64,000 bases of DNA from Octopus vulgaris (Eukaryota). The position numbers were made by a program, and so were the translations under genes. The notes under the pieces were generated by a model, which saw only the letters and a list, made by a program, of their open reading frames with translations, was not told the origin of the DNA and did not search any database. Each line of letters opens with the position of its first letter. Position 1 is the stretch's first letter. Shown one piece after another: positions 53,114-64,000 of this stretch. The DNA lies in assembly GCA_951406725.2 (NCBI GenBank), contig OX597823.1:33728001-33792000 (forward strand), read 5' to 3'.

Positions 53114-53301
53114 TTCCTTTACAGTTGACTTCACATAAAAGAAGACTGTGTTGTGTCATCTGTTTGAGCCTTTAGCCACGTAAGTAAAGTCTTTGCTAAT
53201 GTTGACCACTGACTGAGACACACATAGCAATGACCCTTGTAACTACTGTTAGTCTCTCTGTCTCTGTTTGTCTGTCTGTCTCTCTGGATATAGAAAATCT
53301 G

Positions 53302-53593
53302 GTGCCTGAGTAAAAAAGTATTTGATGAAAGATGGAAGAATGTCGTGTATAAAAAAGGTCTCTCGTGGATGCGAGATAAGCCCAAAAACCGAGGTCAGTG
53401 AGAGGCGGTGTTCGTGGGGTCCGTAAACCCGCCCCACTCCATATGTTTAAAAATGTCCATTGTGTTGTTAATTCAATCGTTGTATATAAAATCATGTTAA
53501 ATTTTTATCGACCCCAAATTTCGCTTTATATGTAAAATCATTCTTGATTGTATTGTCCATTCTTTGTATATCCTTATGGAAAATAAAAAATCA
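53302..53593 (+). mobile_element. 5'-truncated LINE 3' end (possibly L1/Tx1 clade) with 17-bp TSD
   Basis: TGGATATAGAAAATCTG at 53285-53301 and 53594-53610. Decodes CLSKKVFDERWKNV..*; AATAAAAAA near the 3' end. Confidence 0.7.
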
Positions 53594-55069
53594 TGGATAT
53601 AGAAAATCTGCCTCAAATTCCATTTGATCCATGTAAGCCTGGAAAAGTGGATGTTAAATGATGATGAGGATGATGATTGCAGACATAATCATGTTTAACA
53701 AACACATGAGAGGAAGAACTTGCCTACAGAATCAATAAGGAATTCTGAAATAACATTTATTCAGATTGGTTCCTTCTTTTCTGACAGAATATTCTTTAAC
53801 CTTAAACTAACAGCCTCAAGGTGATAATTACCATCATCATCATCGTTTAACATTCACGTTGGCATGGATTGGATGGTTTGACAGGATCTGATGGGCCCAA
53901 GGACTGCATTGTGCCCCAGTATCATCTTTGGCACAGTTTCTATGACTAGATGCCCTTCCTAATGCCAACTACTTTACAGGTTATATTGGGCGCTGTATTT
54001 GTACCACAAGCATTTGTGAGGTTATGAAGCAGCTTGTTAGATTATGAACCCTAAAGGGGAGGCATTTTATGTGAGGAGAATGAGTAGTGAGAAGTAAAGT
54101 ATGAGAGAAAAGGGTCAGAGCAGAAGAGGTTTTTTTGCTGGAGAGGAGCTGCATGACCACTCACATTACAGAAGAGAGGGTAGCAGGAGTGTGTGGTGAA
54201 GGTTCAGTCTGGTGAGGTAAGGAGTACTTGAGAAAGGAGGTGATGGGCGAAATGACATACACATTATAACACAGACACACAAGTAGAGAAGGTAGGAGTG
54301 CGTGAGAAGGAAAGGGTATGAAATGGCAGAGAAGAAATCAGTAAGAAGTGGACAGAACTAAAGAATTAACAGATTAATGGAGATAGTAAAGACAATAATA
54401 TGAGGTGTACACACAACACTGATAATCCAAGCAACAATGTATCCATTCTTAATACATTCCAGCAGATTCAAGCATGAATACACTGTTGTAATTCATCACT
54501 GGAGAACCTCCTCTTTCTTTAGATGATGTGTATTCGTAAAACATGTGATTCATTGATGTAAGGGGTCTTTTAAGCACTGTGGCTTTTTGACCTTACTTAA
54601 TGTCTCCTCACTGAAGGCTACCCCTTCACTGATGAATCTAGTGATCACTGGTTCTTGCTTATGGTAAGCAGCAAGTAAATATTTGCTGATGTAGGCCAAA
54701 GTAGATGATAATTTATGAGGTGCATGCTGAACCGAGTGCACAAGAAATTATGCTTATTTGCTACACTGCATGCATTCTTTCACAGTTTGTGTGAATGTAC
54801 AGATTCGATCGCAACAACTGTGATTAAGGTGAAAGCAACCGTGACTAAGCTGAAATCTCATCTTTTCTTCATAAACTGTAAATTCATGTTTTGGTTGTAA
54901 ACACATTTCTGAGATGAACATAAAAAACTTTGCCAACAATTGGCAACATAGTTATTCTCTGGTAATTATATTACAAGCATGATAATCGTTTTTGGAAACT
55001 GATCCAACAGTGGCTTTTACTTAACCGAATTATTGAATTGTTATAAAAATAGAACCAATATAACATCCT

Positions 55070-55430
55070 TGAACTTTGGTCCTCGTTACTGGTGTATTTG
55101 GAAACAACAGAAAATCTCACCAAACTTTAAAAATCTATATTTATCAAGTATCTTGTATTGCTTGTGTTGTTGTATGGTACCAAAGCATGGACATTACTCG
55201 AAAATGATTTTGGTTTTGTTGGAAATCTTCCAAATAGGATGCCTTCCTTGAACCCTTGAAGAATGATGGATTAACCATCTGCACAATGACCACACTCAAG
55301 GAACTTGATTTTGGCAGCTGACTGTTTCTGAATTAATACACAAACATTTGGTGAACTGTTAAGAGTGGTCATATGTGGTCAAGAGAGTCATTTAAGGATC
55401 CCATACAAACTACTTGGATGTCTCAAGCCC
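55070..55430 (+). mobile_element. Highly decayed RTE ORF C-terminal fragment
   Basis: IWKQQKIS...LLYGTKAWTL...LEIFQIGCL across frameshifts. Confidence 0.55.
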
Positions 55431-55617
55431 TAAAATGCATGTGCATATATACTTACCTATTCACGCAATACAGATATATACAATAGATATACATATACAT
55501 ATATATGTATATGTGTGTATATATATATATATCTACATATATATACACACACAGACACACACACACGTATATACATATACATATATATGTATATGTGTGA
55601 GTGTATATATATATATA

Positions 55618-56020
55618 AGAATTTTTTTTCGTAATAAGATAAAAAAGCAAGGCTGTATAGATATTAGAGCATTTATAGATAGAAGGTCTTACAGCTGTTT
55701 CTAGGATATTAATTAATAATAATATCCCTTCATCGGAGACGGTGTGAGAGGAAAAATTAAGTCATAGTTAGTTTCGATGTGATACAAATAGAGAGTGAGG
55801 TGGAGGAAAGAAAATTGATGTAAGATATGTATGGGTATTGAATTTGTAAATCCTTTTTATATGCATAATGGTATCGAAACTAAATATGACTTAATTTTTC
55901 CTCTCATACCGTCTCCGATGAAGGGATATTATTAATTAATATCCTAGAAACCTTCTATCTATAAATGCTCTAATATCTATACAGCTTTGGTTTTTTATCT
56001 TATTACACAAAATAATTCTC
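55618..56020. repeat. Penelope-type inverted repeat pair with hammerheads
   Basis: ~55618-55778 is the reverse complement of ~55873-56020; the right arm has lost stem III. Confidence 0.85.
55686..55740 (-). ncRNA. Minimal hammerhead motif (CCGAUGA core variant)
   Basis: GUCU-CCGAUGA-AGGGAUAUU..AAUAUCCUA-GAA-ACAG/CUGU-A|AGAC with palindromic stem III ACAGCUGU. Confidence 0.6.
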
Positions 56021-56176
56021 ATATACACATGCTGACATAGAACCAACATTGAACCCTTTATTTGGAATATTACCGAATCTGGAACTTAACTATGGTCTGT
56101 CTATAGCACTTATTCAGCATTACCTGACACCTTGGGTCTCATTGACACCATTATCTTTTATAACCTCCACTTCTCG

Positions 56177-56242
<66 letters not shown>

Positions 56243-56254
56243 TATATGTATATA

Positions 56255-57533
56255 TTGGGTTGTCCAGAGAGTTTGTGCTGATTTTTAAAAGAAAGAAAAA
56301 GGTTAATAAATACTTGCCATTGCATTTTTCATCAACCAAATATGAACCATTTTGTTGCACAATGCATCTCCATCTTTCCTTTAACTTGAAAATACCCTCT
56401 TCCCAGAATAAGGTGGTTTCATGGCAAAGAATTCATCAAGGTATCTTTTTACATCATCCAAGGAATTGAAATTTTTACTATTAAGACTATTCTATAGAGA
56501 CCTGAATAAGTGGAAATTCGAAGGAGCAATATCTGGTGAATATGGAGGGTGGGGTAACACATCCCAGCCAAGCTGCAGCAATTTTTGTTTGGTTCCCAAA
56601 GAAACACACAGTCTTGCATTATCATGTTGGAAAACAACACCCTTCCTGTTGGCCAATTCTGGACGTTTCTCTTGAATTGCTGCTTTTAACTCGTCCAGTT
56701 GCGTGCAGTATTTCTCAGAATTAATTGTTTGGTTACTTGGGAGGAGCTCATAATACAGAATTCCTTTCCAATCCCACTAGACACAAAGCAAGACTTTTTA
56801 AGACCTGCTTTTAGGGTGGCTATGGGTGGCTCATGTCACTTACCCCAGGATCGCTTTCTCTGAAAATTTCGGTTGATAATCCATTTCTCATCACCTGCCA
56901 CAATTTGCTTTAAAAAAGGCACATTTTCATTCCATTTATAAAGCAAATCAGATGGAAATGCGATCCAAAAGGTTCTCACTCAACTCATGTAGTACCCAAA
57001 CATTGTAGCGATTTGTGTACCCAAGCTTTACCAGATGCTCATGAATGATGAATTTCGATAGGTTGAGGCTTTCTGCAAATTCTCAGGTTGTGCAATGTGG
57101 GTTATTCTAAATTAATGACTTGATTTGGTCATCATCTGCAGTGGATGGTCTGCCTGATCACTCATTATTAATAAGGCTACAATCTCTAGCTCGGACCCTT
57201 GCAAACCACTTCTGTACAGTTCTTTCAGATAAAGAAACATCAACGTAAACTGCGCATATTTCTTTGGTTGCTTTTGAGGCATTTTTCCCTTTACAGAAAA
57301 AGAAAAGCATCAAGTACTGAAAATGAACTTTCTTAACTTCCATTTTAAAGGGTTACAGAATTAACACAGGTTATAGGAACATAAACCTTCTTGCACAAAA
57401 AGATAGCTTAAACTGTACTCTAAATGGCAGTGTAGTCAAATCCTATTTTATGGACTCAACCATGTTCTAAAATAAGTCAAAAGGTAAGCTACTATAAATC
57501 AGCATGAACTTACGAACTTTCCGGACAACCCAA
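56255..57533 (-). mobile_element. Full-length (~1.28 kb) defective mariner transposon
   Basis: TIRs TTGGGTTGTCCAGAGAGTT / AACTTTCCGGACAACCCAA. The transposase starts at 57343 (MEVKKVHF..GKNASKATKEICAVY..SERTVQKWF) and includes VLPHPPYSPDIAPSNFHLFRSL; multiple stops and frameshifts. Confidence 0.92.
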
Positions 57534-57567
57534 TCACGGTGATCACGGTGATATATATATATATATG

Positions 57568-57977
57568 ATGTGTTGTGAATTTATAGAAAGAAATCCCATA
57601 AAACTCAATAATTTTGTGAAAAATGAACCATTATAGTCTTTAGTTATTGTTAATATCTGACTGGACTCACATGTCTCTTTTTCTCATAAGGATAAATATG
57701 AATCTCCTAGATTCTATTCTGCTATTTCCTTTCTCAAGTCCTTTGAAGAAATTTTGGTTATACTTCTTGCATTGAAGAGTACATTAATATATAATAAATT
57801 TAATTAATCTAGTTTAATTCAATTCAACTATGAATTTGCATGATTTTTATATCTCTGCATGAAATGATCATCTGCATGAATTAAAATTCTCTTATATATT
57901 TTAACATCTTCCCTTCTCCATTTTTAACTAAATTGTTGAGTTTTATGGGATTTCTTTCCATAAATTCACAACACATT
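57568..57977. repeat. Inverted repeat pair (~45-bp arms)
   Basis: ATGTGTTGTGAATTTATAGAAAGAAATCCCATAAAACTCAA versus TTGAGTTTTATGGGATTTCTTTCCATAAATTCACAACACAT. Confidence 0.8.
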
Positions 57978-58107
57978 ATATACAAGTATTATTTTCATAT
58001 TTGCAAATTTACCAGCAAAATATGAAGAATCAATATTAGAAATCTTTTTTAGAAACCTCCAAATTAAAGGACGAATCTATTTCAACCTTTTCACACCTAT
58101 ATATATA

Positions 58108-58766
58108 TCATCATCATCGTTTAACGTCCGTTCTCCATGCTAGCATGGGTTGGACGGTTCGACCGGGGTTCTGGGAAGCCAGAAGGCTGCACCAGGCTCC
58201 AGTCTAATCTGGCAATGTTTCTACAGCTGGATGCCCTTCCTAACGCCAACCACTCCGTGAGTGTAGTGGGTGCTTTTTACGTGCCACCTGCACAGGTGCC
58301 AGGCGGGGCTGGCAACGGCCACGGTCAGATTGGTGTATTTTATGTGCCACCGGCACGGAAGTCAGTCGAGGCGGTGCTGGCATCGGCCACGAGTCGGATA
58401 GTGCTTTTTACGTACCACCAGACCAGGGATCCTGGCTGGTTCAATTCGATTTCGATTTCGCTTGCCCCAACATGTCTTCACAAGCAAAGGGGGTTGGCAA
58501 GGGTGCCTGTCATACGGTCGCATTGGAGTATTTTACGTGCCACGGCCACGAGTCGGATAGTGCTTTTTACGTACCACCAGACCAGGGATCCTGGCTGGTT
58601 CAATTCGATTTCGATTTCGCTTGCCCCAACATGTCTTCACAAGCAAAGGGGTTGGCATGGGTGCCTGTCATACGGTCGCATTGGAGTATTTTACGTGCCA
58701 CGGCCACGAGTCGGATAGTGCTTTTTACGTACCACCAGGCCAGGGATCCTGGCTGGTTCAATTCGG
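58108..58766 (-). mobile_element. Young family B insertion with ~2.4 tandem copies of a 159-bp unit
   Basis: Unit starts GGCCACGAGTCGG at 58385, 58544 and 58702. Confidence 0.9.
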
Positions 58767-59222
58767 TATATATATATATACATATGCATATTTACACACA
58801 CACACACATGACTGCAGTTGCATGGCTGCAACTCATAAAAAACAAAAACAGGTAAACACACCTCCACATGCAAACACACATGTATACATCATTATAATCA
58901 TCATCATCATCATTATCATTTCACCTGCTTTGCATACTGGCAAAAGTCGGATGAATTGTGACTACTTGGCATTAGTTTTTCTTCATAGATGCTGCTCTCC
59001 TCTCCTGGATGAGTCAGGGCACCACATTTTGTGCAGACTTTATGGTTTTAGTTTGATCTCTATGGCTGGATGTCCTTCCTAACACCAACCCCATTACAGA
59101 GTGTACTGGGTGGATTGTATCAAAGATTAAAGAAGCCTCTTATCCCTATGTTACCTCCATCCTCTCAAGGCAAACATGTCCAAAAGAGTAAATAAAGGGG
59201 AGAGAGAGAGAGAGAGAGAGAA

Positions 59223-59253
<31 letters not shown>

Positions 59254-60172
59254 AAGAGAGAGAGAAAAAAAGATAAGTAAGTGAAAGAATAGGAAGTAGA
59301 AGTGTTCACAAGGAGGGAGAAATAGTATAATAAAAGTGAAGGATACCAAAGAGGTGGGGGATTAGTGGAAGATGGTGAAAGCTATATGTTGGTTATTGGT
59401 AAGGAGGTTGGATAAGAAATGTAACATATTCAGTATGATGGGATAACAGCAGAGATGGATCATGGTGAGAGAGAGAGAGTATGTGATAGAAAGCAGTAGA
59501 GATGGTTGATGGCATATATCAATCTTCATTTTCTTTGTTTTAATATTCAGTTTTCCATGTTTGTATGGCTCGCATGGAACTCTTTGAGGATGCTTTTCTA
59601 CAACTGGATGTTCTTCATTTCATCAACCCTCATCCGTTTTTAGCTAAGATAAGATGTCCTTTAGTTCTTCAGACGAGAAAAGCACAACAATGTTGTTGCA
59701 TCACCGCCACAAACACCAACACTACCACCACCAACAACAACAACAGTTAACAACTGCAATATCAATAACAACAATTACAGTAATATCACCATCAATACTA
59801 CCTGCAACATCAACAATGACAACAACAGCAATGTCAACAATAACAACAGCAACAACAACGTTATTTAGAGACTCATCTAATCTGGCCAATTTTGCAATCA
59901 GTTGCAGGTGAGGGTTGATGTCTGTAAATCTATCACACTCATTCACCATATTGGAAAGTAAATATTTGCTTTAGAAAAAAGCATTTGAATGTTTATATTG
60001 TAACTGGGGAACAATCAGGGAATGTCAATTTGTGCAGCTGGAACAATATCTTGTGTTGATTCTGCAAAGCAAACCAAATATTCTTCATCACTTGCAACAT
60101 TGATTCACTGATAATATTTATACAATGCAAAACTGGAGATGATTGCTTACTTTTAATCTTGTCGCTTCACAT

Positions 60173-60390
60173 ATTCTTCTTCTTCTTCTTCTTCTTCTTC
60201 TTCTTCTTCTTCTTCTTCTTCTTCTTCTTCTTCTTCTTCTTCTTCTTCTTCTTCTTCTTCTTCTTCTTCTTCTTCTTCTTCTTCTTCTTCTTCTTCTTCG
60301 CTTCACATATTCTTCTTCTTCTTCTTCTTCTTCTTCTTCTTCTTCTTCTTCTTCTCCTCCTCCTCCTCCTCCTCCTCCTCCTCCTCCTCA
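60173..60390. repeat. (CTT)n/(CCT)n microsatellite
   Basis: Direct reading; the interruption TCGCTTCACATAT is duplicated from the left flank. Confidence 0.98.
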
Positions 60391-60849
60391 CCCTTCTTTT
60401 TCTTCTACCATTAGAAATACCTTTAGTCTCAGCAGGTGTTTGCCATTACAGGGAATTAATATGTAAACAATATTTATCCACCTGCCCCACTTGTTCTTGA
60501 AATTAAGAGAGCAGAAATGTGTTTTTACACAATAGGAATAAGCTTACATGTTTCCAGAAATCAAATCAAATCCAAATATCTTTTTGCTATTTAATGAAAA
60601 TGAAAAAAAAACCTGCCAGAATCTGATGGAATCTGCTACAATATGTTGGCATCTGCTACAGTACCGCCATTTAATATTGAATTTCGTTTGTAAAAAAGGA
60701 ATATACTGTGGCAGATTTAACAGTTTTGCTTTGGTAGTATTGAGTGGAGTGTTGTACTTTTTATTGAGTGGAATGTTGCACTCTTGAGGAGAGGCATGCA
60801 GTGTTCTTGCTTTGAGTGTGGTACTGTTTGTGATGCATTGTACTGCTGT

Positions 60850-61522
60850 GTAGTGCATGTTGAGTGGAGTATGTAGTGTTGAGTGGAGTATGTAGTGTTG
60901 AGTAGAGTATGTGGTGTTGAGTGGAGTATTACACAGTTAAGTATTATTATATATATCATACTTGTGTGGCACTGCTGCTGAATGGTATCATCATCATCAT
61001 TTAACATCTGCTTTCCTTGCTGGCATGAGTTGGACGATTTGAATGGGGACTGGCAAGCCAGGAGGCTGTACCAGGCTCCAATCTGATCTGGCAATGTTTC
61101 TACAGCTGGATCCCCTTCCTAATGCCAACCACTTCGAGAGTGCAGTGGGTGCTTTTTACATCCCACCAACACAGGGGTCAGTTAGGTGGCCCTGGCATTG
61201 ATCACGTTCAAATAGTGCTTTTTACATACCACTGGCACAGGAGCCAGCCAGTGGATCTGGCATTGGCCACATTCAGATGGTACTTTTTATGTGCCACCGG
61301 CATGGGTGCCAGTCAATGGAGACTGGCACCGACCACATTTGGATGCATATAAAATATTGGTGAGTGGAACACTAGTGTTATTCAGTGGAGTATCAAACTA
61401 TTGTTGAATATTGTATTGTTATTAAATGTGGTACTATTGAGTGGAGCATTGTTGAGTAAAATATGGTATTGTTGAGTGAAAGGTGATTCTATTGAAGTAT
61501 GATACTGTTGAGTGGAGTATGG
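60850..61522. repeat. TGTTGAGTGGAGTA ~20-bp minisatellite interrupted by a family B copy (60987-61345, -)
   Basis: The motif recurs on both sides of the insertion. Confidence 0.7.
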
Positions 61523-62904
61523 CCTATGTTACTGGTTTGGTGTGTAATCTTTAAGGGGTCTGTCTTTTATAACACAAGATTACTGCAAAATGCTGTTTGA
61601 ATACTTGTATTGGATAATTGTATTAAAGTTGTGGGGTTAAGAAATTCGCTTCCCAACCACATGGCTCCAGGTTCAGTCCCACTGCACAGTACCTTGGTCA
61701 AGTGCCTTCTACTAACACCTCGAGCCAACCAAAGCCTTCTGAGTAGATTTGGTCAATGGAAACTGTATAGAAGCCTGTATGTGTGTGTATGTGTGTCTCC
61801 TTGTTTTGATAACAGGTGTCACTATCATAAAAGTAGTATCCTTTATTTCCAACATTTTGTGAAAATATGTCCAGCTGTGGTGAAATATTTCAGGCAAGGT
61901 TTGGTGATAGGAGGGGCTTCTGGTCATAGACAATCTGCTTCAACAGATTCTGTTCGACCCATACAAGCATGAAAAAGTGAACATGAAAATGATGATGACG
62001 ATGATGATGACGACGACGACAACGATGATGATGATTTTAATAAATGGATATCTGTACTTGATAAATGTAAAAATAAAATGTTTGTACTGGATAATTAAAA
62101 TGCATTGAATATGCATGAGACATCTGGTATGCGATGACAGAGATATGTCATTCACCAATAACTAATATTGGTTAAGGTGAAACTGATGTCTCTGATAGAA
62201 ACAAGAGTAAATTTAGCTTTTGTCAAGTGACTTAACACTCCTATATCAATCACTTCTTCAGAAATTTGGTGAAAACAGTGTCGTTACCTTCAATATTAGC
62301 AAAGCTCTGATGCATGAATCCAGTAACAAAACTGCACCCTTATGGGCCTCATTTCAACCCAGAAAGTTGATAGAAGAAAATCAAAGTATTTATAGCAACA
62401 AGGTTACAAAAGAGATGTAATCAAGTTAATTGATTCCCCTGTACATGACTGGTACTATGTAACCATGACTGGCAATAAAAATCTGAATCAGCACCAGTAA
62501 GATTTGAACCCAGAATGTAGTGGTGTGCCATTTCTCTCAATATCTTCCTTTCTTCCTCTTCCAATACAACAGCAACAACAACAGCAACATGTGTTTAATT
62601 TAAGTAGTTCTTTTCTAGAATTTTTCCTATTTGGTTCAGTTAAAGGCATTGGATCAGTAAAAAACATCAGAATTGGACAGATTTCTGTTCTGCTGAATTT
62701 ATTTCAATTGAAAATTGTTTGGAATTTACAAAGTAATAATTGGAATAATTATTTGAAATCATTTCATTCAATGTCCTTGTTCAAATTTTAATTTCTAGTT
62801 TTAATAATCTTAATTTTTCTTTGTCTCTCCCCATATTGTTTCCTCCATTTATTAATAATATTGATAACTACAACAACAACAACAACAACAGCAACAACAA
62901 ACAA

Positions 62905-63115
62905 TCTTTTCTACTATAGGCACAAGGCCTGGAATTTTTGGTGAGGTGGCTTGTAGATTGCATCAGCCCCAGTTCTTGACTGGTGTTCTATTTTATCAAC
63001 CCTGAAAGGATGAAAGGCAAAGTCAACCATGGCAGAATTTGAACTCAGAATGCCAAGAGGGACAAAATGTTGCTAATCAGTTTGTCCGGCATGCTAACAA
63101 TTGTGCCAGCTCACT
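62905..63115 (-). mobile_element. SINE family C
   Basis: Matches 36460-36665. Confidence 0.8.
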
Positions 63116-63136
63116 GCTCTTTTAATGATGGTACTG

Positions 63137-63194
<58 letters not shown>

Positions 63195-63207
63195 TAATAA
63201 TAATAAA

Positions 63208-63766
63208 TGCCCTGATGCAGTACCAGGCAGTGGTTCTCATGGCTTCTAATCTTAACTGATTGGAAGTGTTATCATGTACATTGTTTTGTCTTGGTATAAA
63301 AAATGGGCTACAGCAAATATTCTGCTCAATACCACAGATTTGCTTGTCAGTTGTTTGACCTTACTTAACCAGTTGAGCATGTCCCTTAGTGGTTGATGAT
63401 ATGTGCATCTCTGATCACGAGCAGAAGTAGTGGGGGAGTATCATAGCCATGTGTTGAGAGGGATTCTTTGGGGTTTGAATAATTCATCTCTGGAAACATG
63501 GGTGTTTCGTTCAACATCCTTAAACAACCCTTACTCAGGGACCTTTTGAGCAGGATGGGTTACTCGACCAGAAGAAAATTCTAACTGGGTCCCACCTACA
63601 AGGTCATGTGCTGTTTATCTTGATATGAGATCATCATGTCGTGCACATATGGTTGTGATGCATGTGCCTGGTGTACCCTTATCAGACGGGTAGTCATGAT
63701 GGGTATACTGGGCTTCGTATATTTTACCCCAGTGTCACTTTGATGGCATGCACTGCTCTCTCACTC
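63208..63766 (+). mobile_element. ~560-bp non-coding element with fixed termini embedded in (TAA)n
   Basis: TGCCCTGATGCA...CTCTCACTC flanked by (TAA)n; paralogue at 10172-10549. Orientation is nominal. Confidence 0.8.
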
Positions 63767-63826
<60 letters not shown>

Positions 63827-63906
63827 TAATAATGATAATAATAATAATACAATGACATACACAGTCATTCTTAATACTTTCTGGCAGATTTGAAAATGAA
63901 TATGCT

Positions 63907-63944
<38 letters not shown>

Positions 63945-64000
63945 GTTGTTGTCGTCATTTAACATCCACCTTCCATGCTGGTATGGGTTGGACGGTTTGA

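Noticed and set aside
54450-54960. Cys/His-rich short ORFs, possible zinc-finger transposase relic
   Set aside because: The spacing does not fit a defined motif; it cannot be assigned without a profile search.
55445-55470. Minus-strand AG|GTAAGT (and CAGAG|GTAAGT at ~30290) as further recursive splice sites
   Set aside because: No real polypyrimidine tract; both border microsatellites.
58385-58766. CRISPR-like array
   Set aside because: Whole 159-bp units repeat with no unique spacers; eukaryotic context and no cas genes.
58137-59082. 150-190 aa ORFs (also 43775-44326)
   Set aside because: Antisense frames through a GC-richer retroposon 3'UTR and its tandem repeat; no domain motifs.
548-63965. 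Numerous ORFs rich in YI/CV/HT, poly-N, poly-I, poly-G or poly-R
   Set aside because: They are translations of di-, tri- and tetranucleotide microsatellites.

Overview
This window is AT-rich, microsatellite-saturated eukaryotic DNA with no convincing host protein-coding exon, so it is intergenic or lies inside a very long intron. The repeat complement suggests an octopus/coleoid cephalopod genome (inference from recalled repeat families, not verified). Almost all listed ORFs are microsatellite artefacts or decayed transposon fragments. The content is: three recurrent short-retroposon families (a tRNA/CORE-type SINE, a Meta/MESC-type SINE, and RTE-LINE 3'UTR copies with (ATG)n tails); R4/Dong-like LINE 3' ends in (TAA)n arrays; RTE fragments; Tc1/mariner and hAT relics. 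Three things stand out. First, there are many Penelope-type minimal hammerhead ribozyme motifs in divergent inverted repeats. Second, there is a composite tRNA-head/(TAA)n/hammerhead element, seen twice, once with a 12-bp target-site duplication (TSD); it may be a Penelope-mobilised SINE. Third, there is a strong candidate recursive splice site (TTTCAG|GTAAGT) at 53107/53108. Repeat boundaries were read by eye and are approximate unless a terminal inverted repeat (TIR) or TSD is quoted.
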